Shown here piece after piece: positions 1 to 12,200 of a DNA stretch of 64,000 bases. The position numbers and the translations under genes were made by a program. The stretch covers positions 248,001-312,000 of the forward strand of contig NMRA01000119.1 of the NCBI GenBank assembly GCA_002633005.1, written 5' to 3'. How positions within the stretch are numbered: position 1 is the first letter of the stretch; each line of letters starts with the position of its first letter. Under the pieces are notes generated by a model. It did not search any database. It had not been told where the DNA came from and saw nothing but the letters and a program-made list of their open reading frames with translations. The stretch comes from Phoronis australis (lineage: Eukaryota; Animalia; Phoronida).

Positions 1-124
1 TTGTTTTGGTTTCTGAAGTACCTAATTGATACAATGAAATGGATTTAAACTCATGGAGATATTCCATCAACATGTTGTTGCCCTAATGCACTGCATTAAG
101 AACACTTGGTTATTTGTTCTTCAG

Positions 125-232
125 GGCTTCTTGACTGACAGGGGTGTTGTCAACCTGACTAGAGTTCAGCTGATGTTGACAGAGTTGGGCAAGGCAGAGG
201 ACGAAATCTTCAGGCAGAGGCGAGAGAAGGAT
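125..232 (+). CDS. XRN2: XRN2 exon ([36 protein letters not shown])
   Basis: ttcttcag acceptor, GTAAGC donor, phase 0-0; resembles human GYLTESGYVNLQRVQMIM...EDSIFKKR. Confidence 0.93.
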
Positions 233-3200
233 GTAAGCACTTGAAGGATTATATGTGCAGGGCTTGATTTGGCAACCTGAAGGTTGCTAATGCGACGTCA
301 GATTTTGTTTGGCGACCTGATAAAAATCTCCAGTCGCAACAAAGCTGCATTCGAAAGAAATCCGACAAATAAAAATTCCCAGTGATAAACATAACTTTTG
401 CAGTAGATATTTGTACTTTGGGAGTTAGTACTTCCCAATGTACTACTTTTTCAATGTAGATATCCCGTTTTTTTTTATTTTCAAATGTTGCTTCGGGATA
501 AACTGTTTTTGTGTTTTGCAGGGTGTAATAAAGTGCGAGTCCTATTTTTCCTTTTAATAACTAATGGGCACAGAGCGATGCTATTAGCATACTGTAGGAA
601 CCAAATTTACAGGTGTTACCTTTCAATATAGGCTTAATAAATACAGAAATGCAATTGGTTATGCGCATTAACCTTGTATATGATAACAATAAAGGTCAGT
701 AAAACAATGTTGTAATACTGTGCGACAGTTAATTATCATTAGAGCAATGAACGTGACCACGAATTTGAGATAAAGTAGCGACCAGTAAAAAATGCGTAAA
801 GTAGCAGAATGGATGCCTGATGTATGCGCAGAATTGTGTATAAAAATTCCTACGGTAATTGAAATTTGTGTTGTCCCACTGACTTTTTGGGGTTGTAGCC
901 ATCGTTTACATAAATATTTTTCTGTTTTCAATAGCTGATGTTTAAACGAAGGGAAAAAGAAAAGAAACAAAGAGCAAAGCGGGTAAGTGCGGAGTGATAG
1001 TGCAGTCGTATGCCAAGTTGTCAATGTTATGTTTTTCTAAAACCGTGACTTCAGCAAGGTCCTTACAGGATTGGAAAAATCAAATATGTAAAATGTGTGG
1101 ATCAGTAGTAGAAAACAAGGAAATACATTATTTCAAGATATGACTTTTTATTGGTCACAAATAATGGCAATTTTAGGATATTTTGTTTTCAAACCCAACA
1201 ATAGGGGATAAAGGCCTGTTTTTCTAGTTATCTACTGCTTGGCTTTGGGAAGGGCTTTTACTACGTATTTTGTGTTTAACTAGTAGTAAAAGTCTGTTGT
1301 GTGCTGCCTTACACTGTTAGTAGTAAACTTACAGTGACTGAATGATATTAAAAGTCTGTTGTATGCTGCCTTACACTGTTAGTAGTAAACTTACAGTGAC
1401 TGAATGATATTAAAAGTCTGTTGTATGCTGCCTTACACTGTTAGTAGTAAACTTACAGTGACTGAATGATATTAAAAGTCTGTTGTATGCTGCCTTACAC
1501 TGTTAGTAGTAAACTTACAGTGACTGAATGATATTAAAAGTCTGTTGTATGCTGCCTTACACTGTTAGTAGTAAACTTACAGTGACTGAATGATATTAAA
1601 AGTCTGTTGTATGCTGCCTTACACTGTTAGTAGTAAACTTACAGTGACTGAATGATATTAAAAGTCTGTTGTATGCTGCCTTACACTGTTAGTAGTAAAC
1701 TTACAGTGACTGAATGATATTAAAAGTCTGTTGTATGCTGCCTTACACTGTTAGTAGTAAACTTACAGTGACTGAATGATATTAAAAGTCTGTTGTATGC
1801 TGCCTTACACTGTTAGTAGTAAACTTACAGTGACTGAATGATATTAAAAGTCTGTTGTATGCTGCCTTACACTGTTAGTAGTAAACTTACAGTGACTGAA
1901 TGATATTAAAAGTCTGTTGTATGCTGCCTTACACTGTTAGTAGTAAACTTACAGTGACTGAATGATATTAAANNNNNNNNNNNNNNNNNNNNNNNNNNNN
2001 NNNNNNNNNNNNNNNNNNNNNNNNNNNNNNNNNNNNNNNNNNNNNNNNNNNNNNNNNNNNNNNNNNNNNNNNNNNNNNNNNNNNNNNNNNNNNNNNNNNN
2101 NNNNNNNNNNNNNNNNNNNNNNNNNNNNNNNNNNNNNNNNNNNNNNNNNNNNNNNNNNNNNNNNNNNNNNNNNNNNNNNNNNNNNNNNNNNNNNNNNNNN
2201 NNNNNNNNNNNNNNNNNNNNNNNNNNNNNNNNNNNNNNNNNNNNNNNNNNNNNNNNNNNNNNNNNNNNNNNNNNNNNNNNNNNNNNNNNNNNNNNNNNNN
2301 NNNNNNNNNNNNNNNNNNNNNNNNNNNNNNNNNNNNNNNNNNNNNNNNNNNNNNNNNNNNNNNNNNNNNNNNNNNNNNNNNNNNNNNTGAAAAAGTCGGA
2401 GCTTTTTGCAAGTTGCATTTTTGTTTCAGTTTTTGATTCTGTGCGGATTGTTTATAAAATTTACTAAAATTACCCACCATCAAACATTTATGGCCCAATG
2501 AAACAACAACGACCTGTAAATTTTTATTTTTTTGAAGAACGACCACCAGCCATTTTGAATTTAAATCAAACGCAACCACCCATAAATTTTTATTTCAGTT
2601 GCCTTCCCCCCCCTCCCACACAGATTTTGCTGGAACAGCCCTAGATAAAATTTCACCTGCTCTTCATTTCTTATCTGTTTTGTTTGAAGCTGCTAAAGCC
2701 TGTTTTCCATCAAATTGGTCTCTACATGTTCTTTTACTCAAACTAGTGGTAGGTCATTTTATGCGTCTTGCATGTTCTTTCCAAACCCAAAAGTTGTTCA
2801 TCTGTAAAAAGAATAATTTATAACCAGTTTTATACAGGAAAGTTGTGTACACCAAAAGTTAGTTTCTTAAGCTAAGAAAGGTTGATAACAGCAGCTGCTA
2901 TGTTATGTTAGTGTTTGTGATCTCTGTATAATTTTGCTGGTACAGTTGTGCATTGATCATATGTTTCTTCTGTAGTTTGCCTCCGCTGACCGTCCGAGAT
3001 TTTTGACTGGAGGGCAATACACACCTCAGGTACGGTATTTCTTGTCTCTCTCAGTCTTTGTGGTAAAATTTTGATTTTTTATGAAATGTGTTGCGAAAAT
3101 GTTGTAATGAAATAAATTTCTTATTCTACTGTCTTTTTGAAGCCTGTTGGACACAGCCGAACAATCTCTGACCCGAGAAACGAGCTCCGCCAGGGCAGGG

Positions 3201-6200
3201 TACAGGCCATGAACTATGGCACATCGTCTAGGAACTCAGCCAATCAGAATGCGGCGGCTGAACTCAGGGCCATGCTGGTGAGTAGCTGTCGCTATTTGCA
3301 TTTAAAAGTATACAGAGTGCTGGTTAGGTAATATTAACTATTACCTTGGAACATCCTGTTTCACACAATGGCCAGTGTTGGAACGATTTCATTTTGCAGA
3401 GCTTATGTTTCTTTTGGGTTAATTACTGCTTCGTTTTTTGGATCTTATTTTGAAATTGGTCATCTGTAAGCGCTCAACATAAATTTTAGTTTCACCATTG
3501 AGTAAATTACACTCTGTGATAATCTAGAATTTTTTTCAAGCACAACACTTTGTCTTGCAGCCAAATATGTACGGAAGCATTATGTACCCTTGTCATAGTT
3601 TTTTTAAAGATATCGAGAGAACTAATTAAGATTGAATTGTAAAAATTTTGATTGAGGCAATTTCTCATTTGCCAGTCACCAACTGGACAGCCTCAGGGAG
3701 AGAAAAGAAAAAGGGGCGATGAGGATGATGAAGAAGAAGATGAGCCCAATGATGAAGTCAGGTATACCTGTCATTACTCTTACCTGTCCAGTGGTGTCCA
3801 TGAACATAATCATAATATTGAACTGTGTATCCTTGAGTAGTGGTCTCTTACTGGATAGCCATGAAAGACGGTTTAGAGAAGTAATGGAAAGAGGCTGTCA
3901 CTACTTTTTTAAGTTCGCTGTAACCTTAACAACAAATCTGCGTTTTCAGTCAAATATCAACGAAACTATCAAATTTGACAGTGAAAGTGTATTTTTTCTG
4001 AAAGTAGGAAACCTGTAGAATTTGATTTTTGTCTTTATATCAATCTGCCATTGATTACATTACATGACCAGGGCCCGGTCTCTAATCTTTGTTCTCGAAA
4101 CGAACTCGAAACTATTTTTGGCAATTTCTCTGCTCCTTTTGTGCGAACTTAATTGGTTATCAGACTGTGCTCGAATACATTATAGTTTATGCATAGGAGC
4201 TTCTAGTTCAAGTTTGCCTTTGAAGACCCTTATATTCGTGCTACAAACTCTAGTAAAAACTCGAAATTTCGAGTTCAAACTCGAACTTATTGCTTTAATA
4301 TTGGGTTTACAAACTGTGATCTAAGTGCAATAAATTATCTACGTGTACTAGAGCATAGAATGATAGACACTTATCTTGATTTCGCCCAAAAGTAGAGTAG
4401 AAAATGCCAAACCTAATTTCGAGTTCCATTTCGAGTAAAAAGATTGGAGACCGGGCCCTGGTCTTTTAGTTAAATGTAATGAAAAGGAAAGTTGCATTCT
4501 TAGCAAACTAATAGTAACAATAACATAATCAATTTTTTTCACATAAATCATGAAATCTCAGAAATGCGGTACGGTTTTCTAAATTGTCATTTCGTTTAAT
4601 GTGACTTTCGATTTTTTTTCAAAAAGTTCTATTTTTTATGTCCTCTCTTGCAGATGTGGATAGTTTTAGAAACAATTCCTAGCAGTGACTGGAATACATT
4701 GCATAAAGCAGTATCTGAAAGTTCTGGACAGCTATTTCTGAGATGTGATGTTCTGAATTTAGCCAACTTTCGACTTTTTTCTAAAATCCTACATAACTTT
4801 AAATAAACTTGCCAGTTAATGACCATCAACGCTATCATAATGTGGAACTGTGTATCCTTGAATAGTGGTCTCTTTTTAAGTAAACTTGAAAGATGGTGTG
4901 GTGAAGTTTTGAAATATGACCATTCATTGAATTGTTTTCGTTTAAAAGCTGGTTATCAATCTCGGAGACATCTCGTCCAATTTGTCGCCTGAATACAGTT
5001 CAGCTGCGGAGTGAACACTAATGCCATAGATAATAAAATGTCTGCCCCAACTTACCATGATGATTTTGCTTCCATGGCAACAACTTGGATAACGAAAGCA
5101 ATAGGACCACCATCTGTTGTATGACTTGATAATCAATTTGATGCACCATATGTTGAGGAAGAATTAACTAAAATCACTTTGTCACTGAAAAATGATACTT
5201 TTTGTTGAAAATTTCACTATAGTATTTATCGAGATGGTTGCAAATTTTTCCTGTTATAAATTTTTTGTTCATTCTCTTGTTCAGGTTGTGGGAAGATGGA
5301 TGGAAGGGTCGATACTACCAGTCCAAGTTCCACGTGGACGTCGATGACGAAGAGTTTAGGCATACAGTGGTATGTGAGTTCGTAGTAGCTCTCCTGTCTC
5401 TTTTGCTGTTAGTACCAAAAGCATTTGAGTTAGACCAAGAAAAAATACAGGAAGATGGTAGTCTTCTAGGTTATGTTTTTGGTCTCCCATTGGTTCCTAA
5501 ATGGAAGGTGCCCCTGTTTTCCCTGGTTGAGTAATTTGCAATTACATATAAATGTCGTTTCCAGCTTTGTGCATTAAGTGCGATTTTACTTTGCTCTAGA
5601 AGCTGTTTTGAAGAACCTGTTTCTTGAAAATTTTGTCCAGTTTTGCTATTCAGTGATTGACACAATACAAGAGAAGTGTACAAGAGAAAATTAATCAGAC
5701 AAAATAGTGTGTCCTTGTCAGTACGGCTTATTCTGTTATCATAAAAATTGATTGGTGATACCTATAATTATGACAAAATTAAAATTGCAGAATGACTTGC
5801 TATTTTGCCTGTTAATTCTCTTTCATTCTTGGACACAAGGGAAATCATTCTGAAGATGAATTTGGCTTCTACCAGGCCGTCACGACTGAATACGTTTGGT
5901 GTGTGCTGTTTTTCATCATGTTTTTCTGTCTCAGTTACTCAAAGTAATTATTTGTTAGTTGTGTTACAATAATTATTACTTTGTCACTGCAGGCCAATGA
6001 GTATGTGATAGGTTTGTGCTGGGTACTCCGCTATTACTACCAGGTAAGTTCTACAGGCAGTTGTACTACGCCTTTTTGAGGTGTGGCTCTATGTAACAGA
6101 GTTCTTCTAGTCCCCTTAACGATACACAGTTCTTAAATGCACATTTTTTTACTTTTTGAACTCGAATATCGTTAGATAAGTATTCTTGAGTAAATTTTTT

Positions 6201-9200
6201 GATATGTTAATCCATCGCTCCTTTAGAAAACTGTCTCGGAACCCTTTATACCACTTAAAAATTAAAAGGAAGTAAATGTTATGCTTCTACCTCAAGTCAT
6301 ATTGCTATAACTCAACAGAGGGCGTGTTTGTTTCTTGTCAGGGCTGCCCGTCGTGGAAGTGGTACTTTCCGTATCATTATGCACCCTTCGCTTCCGACTT
6401 TGTGAACATTGGTGATCTGCCCAATGACTTTGAACGCTGCACGGAACCGGTGAGTCCTTATAGTAGTTTGCTTAAAATAGTGGGCTAGCTATTAGTTTGG
6501 ACAATATAGTCCGAGTTCCAGTAACTAAATACCGCATGACAGCCATCCTGTTTTCTTGATTGTTTTTATGAATTGGTTTCTCATTGATGTTCTCCGACAT
6601 GCTTGTGACTATAATTCATTGCACTTATTCTAACTAGAATGTTACACTTGATTATTTAACATTTGATTATATAATGTGTCTTTGCCTCTGACTCAGTTCG
6701 TGTGAAGGAGGAATGGTGTTGACAGTTGATTTATTACTTCATGTGACAGTGCGTTCAAGCTAATCCGAATCGAGCAATAATGTTGACGCAGATGCTCATT
6801 TGACTGTCTGTTTCAGTTCAAACCTCTAGAGCAATTGATGGGTGTGTTTCCAGCCGCCAGTAAACAGCACCTGCCAATCACGTGGCAGTCTCTGATGTTT
6901 GAGCCGGTCAGTCAACTGTATTTGATATGCATATTGATTTGTGGGAGGGTTCAATGTACTAGTAAGATTTGGGTCACATTTAGTGATGTTAGATATTTGT
7001 GAAACATAGGCAGTGAGAAATCTTGAGTTATTTATAGCCGGAATAGTGAAGATTCTGCGAGTTAACATGTCATTTTCTCCCATAATTCAATGTTACACAT
7101 AGTTGTCCAATCTTTTTCAGTGACGTCCATTTTACCAATGTATGTCAACAAGGTCTTGAGGTTTCACATAAAACACTAGAAAGATCTTGTTTTGCAATAT
7201 AATCTTGCAGTGACTACTTGTCTTACTTTATGCACCCCAGTCTTGTTTACTTTTCAATGTATTTTAAGAGGCGCTAAATCTTGTAAGATCAGACTATACC
7301 AAGTTTTTCTTGTACAAACTGTGTTGTGGGATGGATTCATTCTGTCTGTCAGGTCATTGTATCACTGTGCTAATTGTCTCGCAGGAGCGAATAAATCTGG
7401 TAACAATTAATTAAATCCAATCTATCTTAGAACTTTGCATTACACGTCAAGTAAGCCTCCTCTGCAACTGAATGTGACTAATATTCTAACTGATAGTCTG
7501 TTCTCCTTGTCAAGGACTCGCCAATCATCGACCAATACCCAACGAACTTTAAGATCGATCTCAACGGTAAAAAGTACGCGTGGCAAGGGGTGGCGCTCCT
7601 ACCATTTGTGGATGAACAGAGGCTGCTGGCAGCCTTGGAGACTGTGTACCCTGATCTGACAAATGAAGAGAGTGAGTCAAGCTTTAGTCACATATTGTCT
7701 AAGTCCGGTTGTTCTTGACTTATTTAACACACCTTATGGCATTCGAGTAAAACTACTTTTTGTGCTATTTTTTACAGAAATAAAGATCAAGGAAGTTTTA
7801 GCCTATTCTTACCTTAGTTTGTTCAGTTTTAAAGTGGAACTTGCACACTAATTCCGTATAGTTGTGATTGCTTGGTAACGCAACACGTAGCGACCATGTG
7901 AATATGAAGTAGATTGAAAATTGCCAAATATTTTTAAGAACGAGTTTTGTGTCGAAAGTGATCCGCCATAAATCACTTAACCATGTCCAGTTACTATCGT
8001 GACGTGGTGTTGGGGAATAACACTGCATGATGCGGGTTATGTGAGCCCCCCAAGGCAGGGTGTTTGAGTGCAAAGGTCATCTATTTGCAAAATTTTTTTG
8101 TTTTCACAGTTACAAGTTGTTAATGAATACAACTGTTTTTTGGTTATCGTAGCTGTTCAATTAGCACTGTCGTTTAGTTCCTGCTATACATTAGCATAGT
8201 TAGGAGCATGCAAATACATAAACAACAAGTTTTTGATATTTGCAGAGAGGTAATCAGCCTCTGATAAATAGAAAATTGACAAGTTTTCCTATTATGTTGT
8301 GGATGATAAGTGAAGAATTACGGTTGTTTCTTGAGGAGGTCGAAGAAACAATTAAGTTTTGTGGTGCATTTGTTGATCTATGTACTGTCATTGTTATTCT
8401 CTTTGTGTTTTGTCATCACGTTTTCATGTCAAGTCTAATCTGCAAGTCGCTACTTATCCGTATAGTAAAGGCACTGGAACGTATTGTATTTATCTGCATT
8501 GGAAATTCATTTTAATACTTTTGCCATTACTTTTTGTTTATCTTTGTGCTTTGTTAATGAAATTTGGAATGTACTGACAAAGCAATTTATATGACTGTTT
8601 TTTGGTTGTTTACATAGATACAATCAGCTATGTGTCTTCAACAATGTTTTCTTGACACAAATCGTTGAAGTCTTCAGCGAAAAACTTTTGCTTTTATGAT
8701 GAATTTTTGAAAAATGAAAAATTACATGGGTCTCCATTTCTCTCCCAGGGAGCCGTAACGTGCGTGGAGATGATCGACTGTTTGTTAGTCGTTGGCATCC
8801 AGTGGCAGACTTCATCGACGCCCTCTACGAAGGAGACAGAAACATGGAGGTAAGGTCTTTCTCATGTGCAGATTAGTTGCACATTTACCCTGTAACATCA
8901 GCTCCTTCAACTGTATGCATTCAAAATTTCTCTCCATATTTGAGTCCATCACTGTGTTGTCATTTATGTCAGTTGCATCAAAAAGTTATTGTTATGTTGA
9001 GCACTGCTTCAGCAGGTCAGAAATTGCCAACTTAAAAGTTAGAAGAAATTAGTCTACTATGCCTAAAATAACATCCAGGAACTCCATTCCAACCACAGTA
9101 TAACCGTAGAAAGCAAGAAGTGTTAACTTGGTTTACAATAGTTGAAGTATTGAACGCTTACTATTGCATGAAACGGAGTATCTCGTAGTGGTAGTAGTCA

Positions 9201-12200
9201 GTTACAACATGCCCGCATTTGGTCAACGGGTTGTCTCCTCTGAATAACCGGCATCAAAATGCTTATCAAAATGTGGGCTCTTTATCTTCGACTATTGCTC
9301 CCTAAAGTAATAGATTAACTAAACAGGGCTCAATATAACTGTAAGTACAGTAAAATCACTATGAATCGGATCCAACCAGACCAAAAGGTTTTATCCGTGT
9401 GATGCATAATCCGTCTTTGAAAGGCTGTGTGAATGAATCAGACCAGCTGCACCGCTTAATTTTGTCTAAGTTGGGCGAAGATCCAACTTTTGCAAATTTT
9501 ACAATACAGCCTGATGTAGTGGTTAGTAGTCTCGCACTGCAGTTGCGTCGACATTTTTACATGATGTTGCTTGAGTAACTGAGAGGACAGACTTGTTTTG
9601 GATTGCCATTTCTTAATCTGGAGAATACAATATTCCAGAACGCTGTGCAGGATTTTTCTTTTTTAAGAATACTACTTTTTATTCTTCCTCAAGAATTACT
9701 ACACCATCAGAAGTTATAAGCAAACAGTTATTTTCCATACTTATCCGTCTTGCTGCGAGCCTTATTTTGCCATCATGTTTTCTCGTTATCCAGCCTATAG
9801 AACTCGACCCCAAGTTGACCCACGGCATACGCGGCACAGTGTGGTGCGACAAACTGGTCAAGTTGTTTGGCGAGTGAGTAACGATTTATATGGCCATGCA
9901 GTCCAGCTCAGGTTTAGCGTGTTCCAAGTGTATTTAAAACTCATACTATTCTGTTTTGAAGTATTATTTGTTCTGTTTTCTTTTTTGCACTGATTTGCTT
10001 TGGAGAATACTGCGCAATGTGATCTATGCACGTCCAAATTCACTGGAACACTTTGAGTTGGACATGTACAGAGTTTTCTTTAGAGGATATTTTATCTTGA
10101 AAAATAGGAATGTGCACTATTTGTAAGAGCTGTTGATTTATGTGCACTAACCTCTAACCTATTTATATTGACAAAACGTTTCAGTCGGTCATTTTTCCGG
10201 CCATCTTCAGGTGTTACTGCATTCTTAGAAGAATGCTAAAAGGTGGTATATATAGACCAATAAGTTTTAAAAATGATGCAACTACATCAGCACGTCACAG
10301 TGGTGTGAGCAAGTCAGGAATGAATTTATTTAAAGCAAAAGTGCCTGAAAGTAAATTATGCCTCATTTGCACATTAAAATGTTTGCAGAATTGTCTTTCC
10401 TCTTTAGGCCTGTCTCCTCTCCTCTTGGCCAATGTGAGGACATCGGAACAAATAATGCCATCAGGTGAGTTCTTAGTCCTAACATAGATGAATATTACCC
10501 TCAAAGTTTTACTTCATAAAATGTTATTTTTATTGAAATGAAATCTTCAGTTTTGTAAATACTTGGATAAATGGACGCTCTTGTCTACAAAGTCCTACAT
10601 GACCTCTTAAAGACCATTTACCTGGTGTCAGCTGGAGTGTGGCAAGACTTGACATACCAGCCACATTGGTCATGAAGTAAAAGATAACTCTGTTACATCA
10701 TGCTATTAAAGTTTGTAGCTGAGAGATGGCGCTGCGAGCGCCAAGTCAAGTTCTGAAAGAACCCCACCACTACTTCTGAAAGAAATACCTGGATTTCTTT
10801 TCAGACACAAAGTCACTTTAAAAAGTGACGTAACAATCATTAATCCCAAAGGCTTGAAATGTATCGTTTCTCATGTGCTGTCATTCGGAAACTTTATGGT
10901 TCACTTGTATGTCATTTTATTGGGTACTTGCAAACTTAAAACATTAAGAGTGTATCATTTTTTTTTCGAACTTTGTGCTTGTTTAATTCAAGTTATTCAA
11001 ATCTGATATCTTGTTTTCGGAAGCATTATACTTGGTTGTTGGTTGCTGGACAGATGGGTTGTTGTTCACAAAATCTTCTTTGCTGAGGAAATCTCCTTGT
11101 AGTGATTGTAAATCAATATCTTGTTGGTGCCAGTCCGACATGGTATCGCTAACAGCCAGCTGTATGTGACTAGAGGGTAACCAAATTTGTTAAGATCAAC
11201 TAGTCCATATTTCAACTTTGATTTTTAAAGGGTCATTGATTCCCTCGCCTCTTTTTTCAGTATACATTTCAAGGACCCACAATACTCGGCGGACTTCCTG
11301 TTTCCTGCCAAAATCCTTAAGGGTGCCATGTAAGTTGCTTTTAATTAGTAAGCATGTTTCGCGTATAGTACGTTAATTGCTATTCTGTTGCTTAAAAGTA
11401 CATTGTTATTCTCGTCAAGTTTGAAATTTTTGTGTAAGGTAACATTTTTAGCTATACTTCTTCCTTATTTATTTACTTTTCAATTCTAAGCCTCAACTCC
11501 CATTTTTACTTTCTTACTGAATTGTTGATCTGCTTCCCCGCTCTGTGTCTTGTATTATTGGGAGTTACTGAAAAGTTTCGCAGTCTATTACTTTAACTAT
11601 TTTGTTTCGTTCTGTATATTAAGTTCTGCGCTCATTTCAGTCACCCACCTCGTGTCCTAAAGCCGGAAGACTTCAATAAACAGGGCCAGTATCGACCCCA
11701 ACTGGGCTTCCAACCAAACAGTGGTTACAGGAATGACCGTAACGTCTCTGCTGGTGTACGAATGATCAGGTAGGAAGCCGTTCGTTTGTGTGTCACAATT
11801 ACAGTTTGGTGGTGATTGGCCTCTTCCTTTAATGCGTCTCATTGAACATAATTATGATTGGCTTTCTTTCTCTGGCCGAAACAGCAAGTCCACATTGACA
11901 TCAGCGACAACATTTTCGTTCCAAAAGTTATTTTCACTGTGTACTTGCAAAGGGAGCCCAGAAATCCTCATAATATTATAACTCTAGATAAGTGTTATTT
12001 GTCTTGTCAGCCAAGATGACGCTGCAGTCAATACCTGATGGTTGTGTTGTGATATTTGACTTATCGAAGATTGGGAGAAATAGCTGTTCTGCATTCTTTT
12101 TGAAGCACTGAAATGTTAAGAGAAAGTCACAAATTCGTATTTTCAATGAGACAGATTCTTATTTAATTACCTGGATTTTTAGAATCATTTGTGATAATGA

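Noticed and set aside
1287-1972. CRISPR-like array
   Set aside because: Identical head-to-tail units without unique spacers, in a eukaryotic intron with no cas genes: a minisatellite.
1906-2579. Long ORFs of 142-203 aa
   Set aside because: Artefacts of translating through the N gap.
125-11769. Assignment as XRN1
   Set aside because: The NLS/acidic linker, LWExGWKxRYY, [18 protein letters not shown] and short C-terminus match XRN2; the long XRN1 C-terminal domains are absent.
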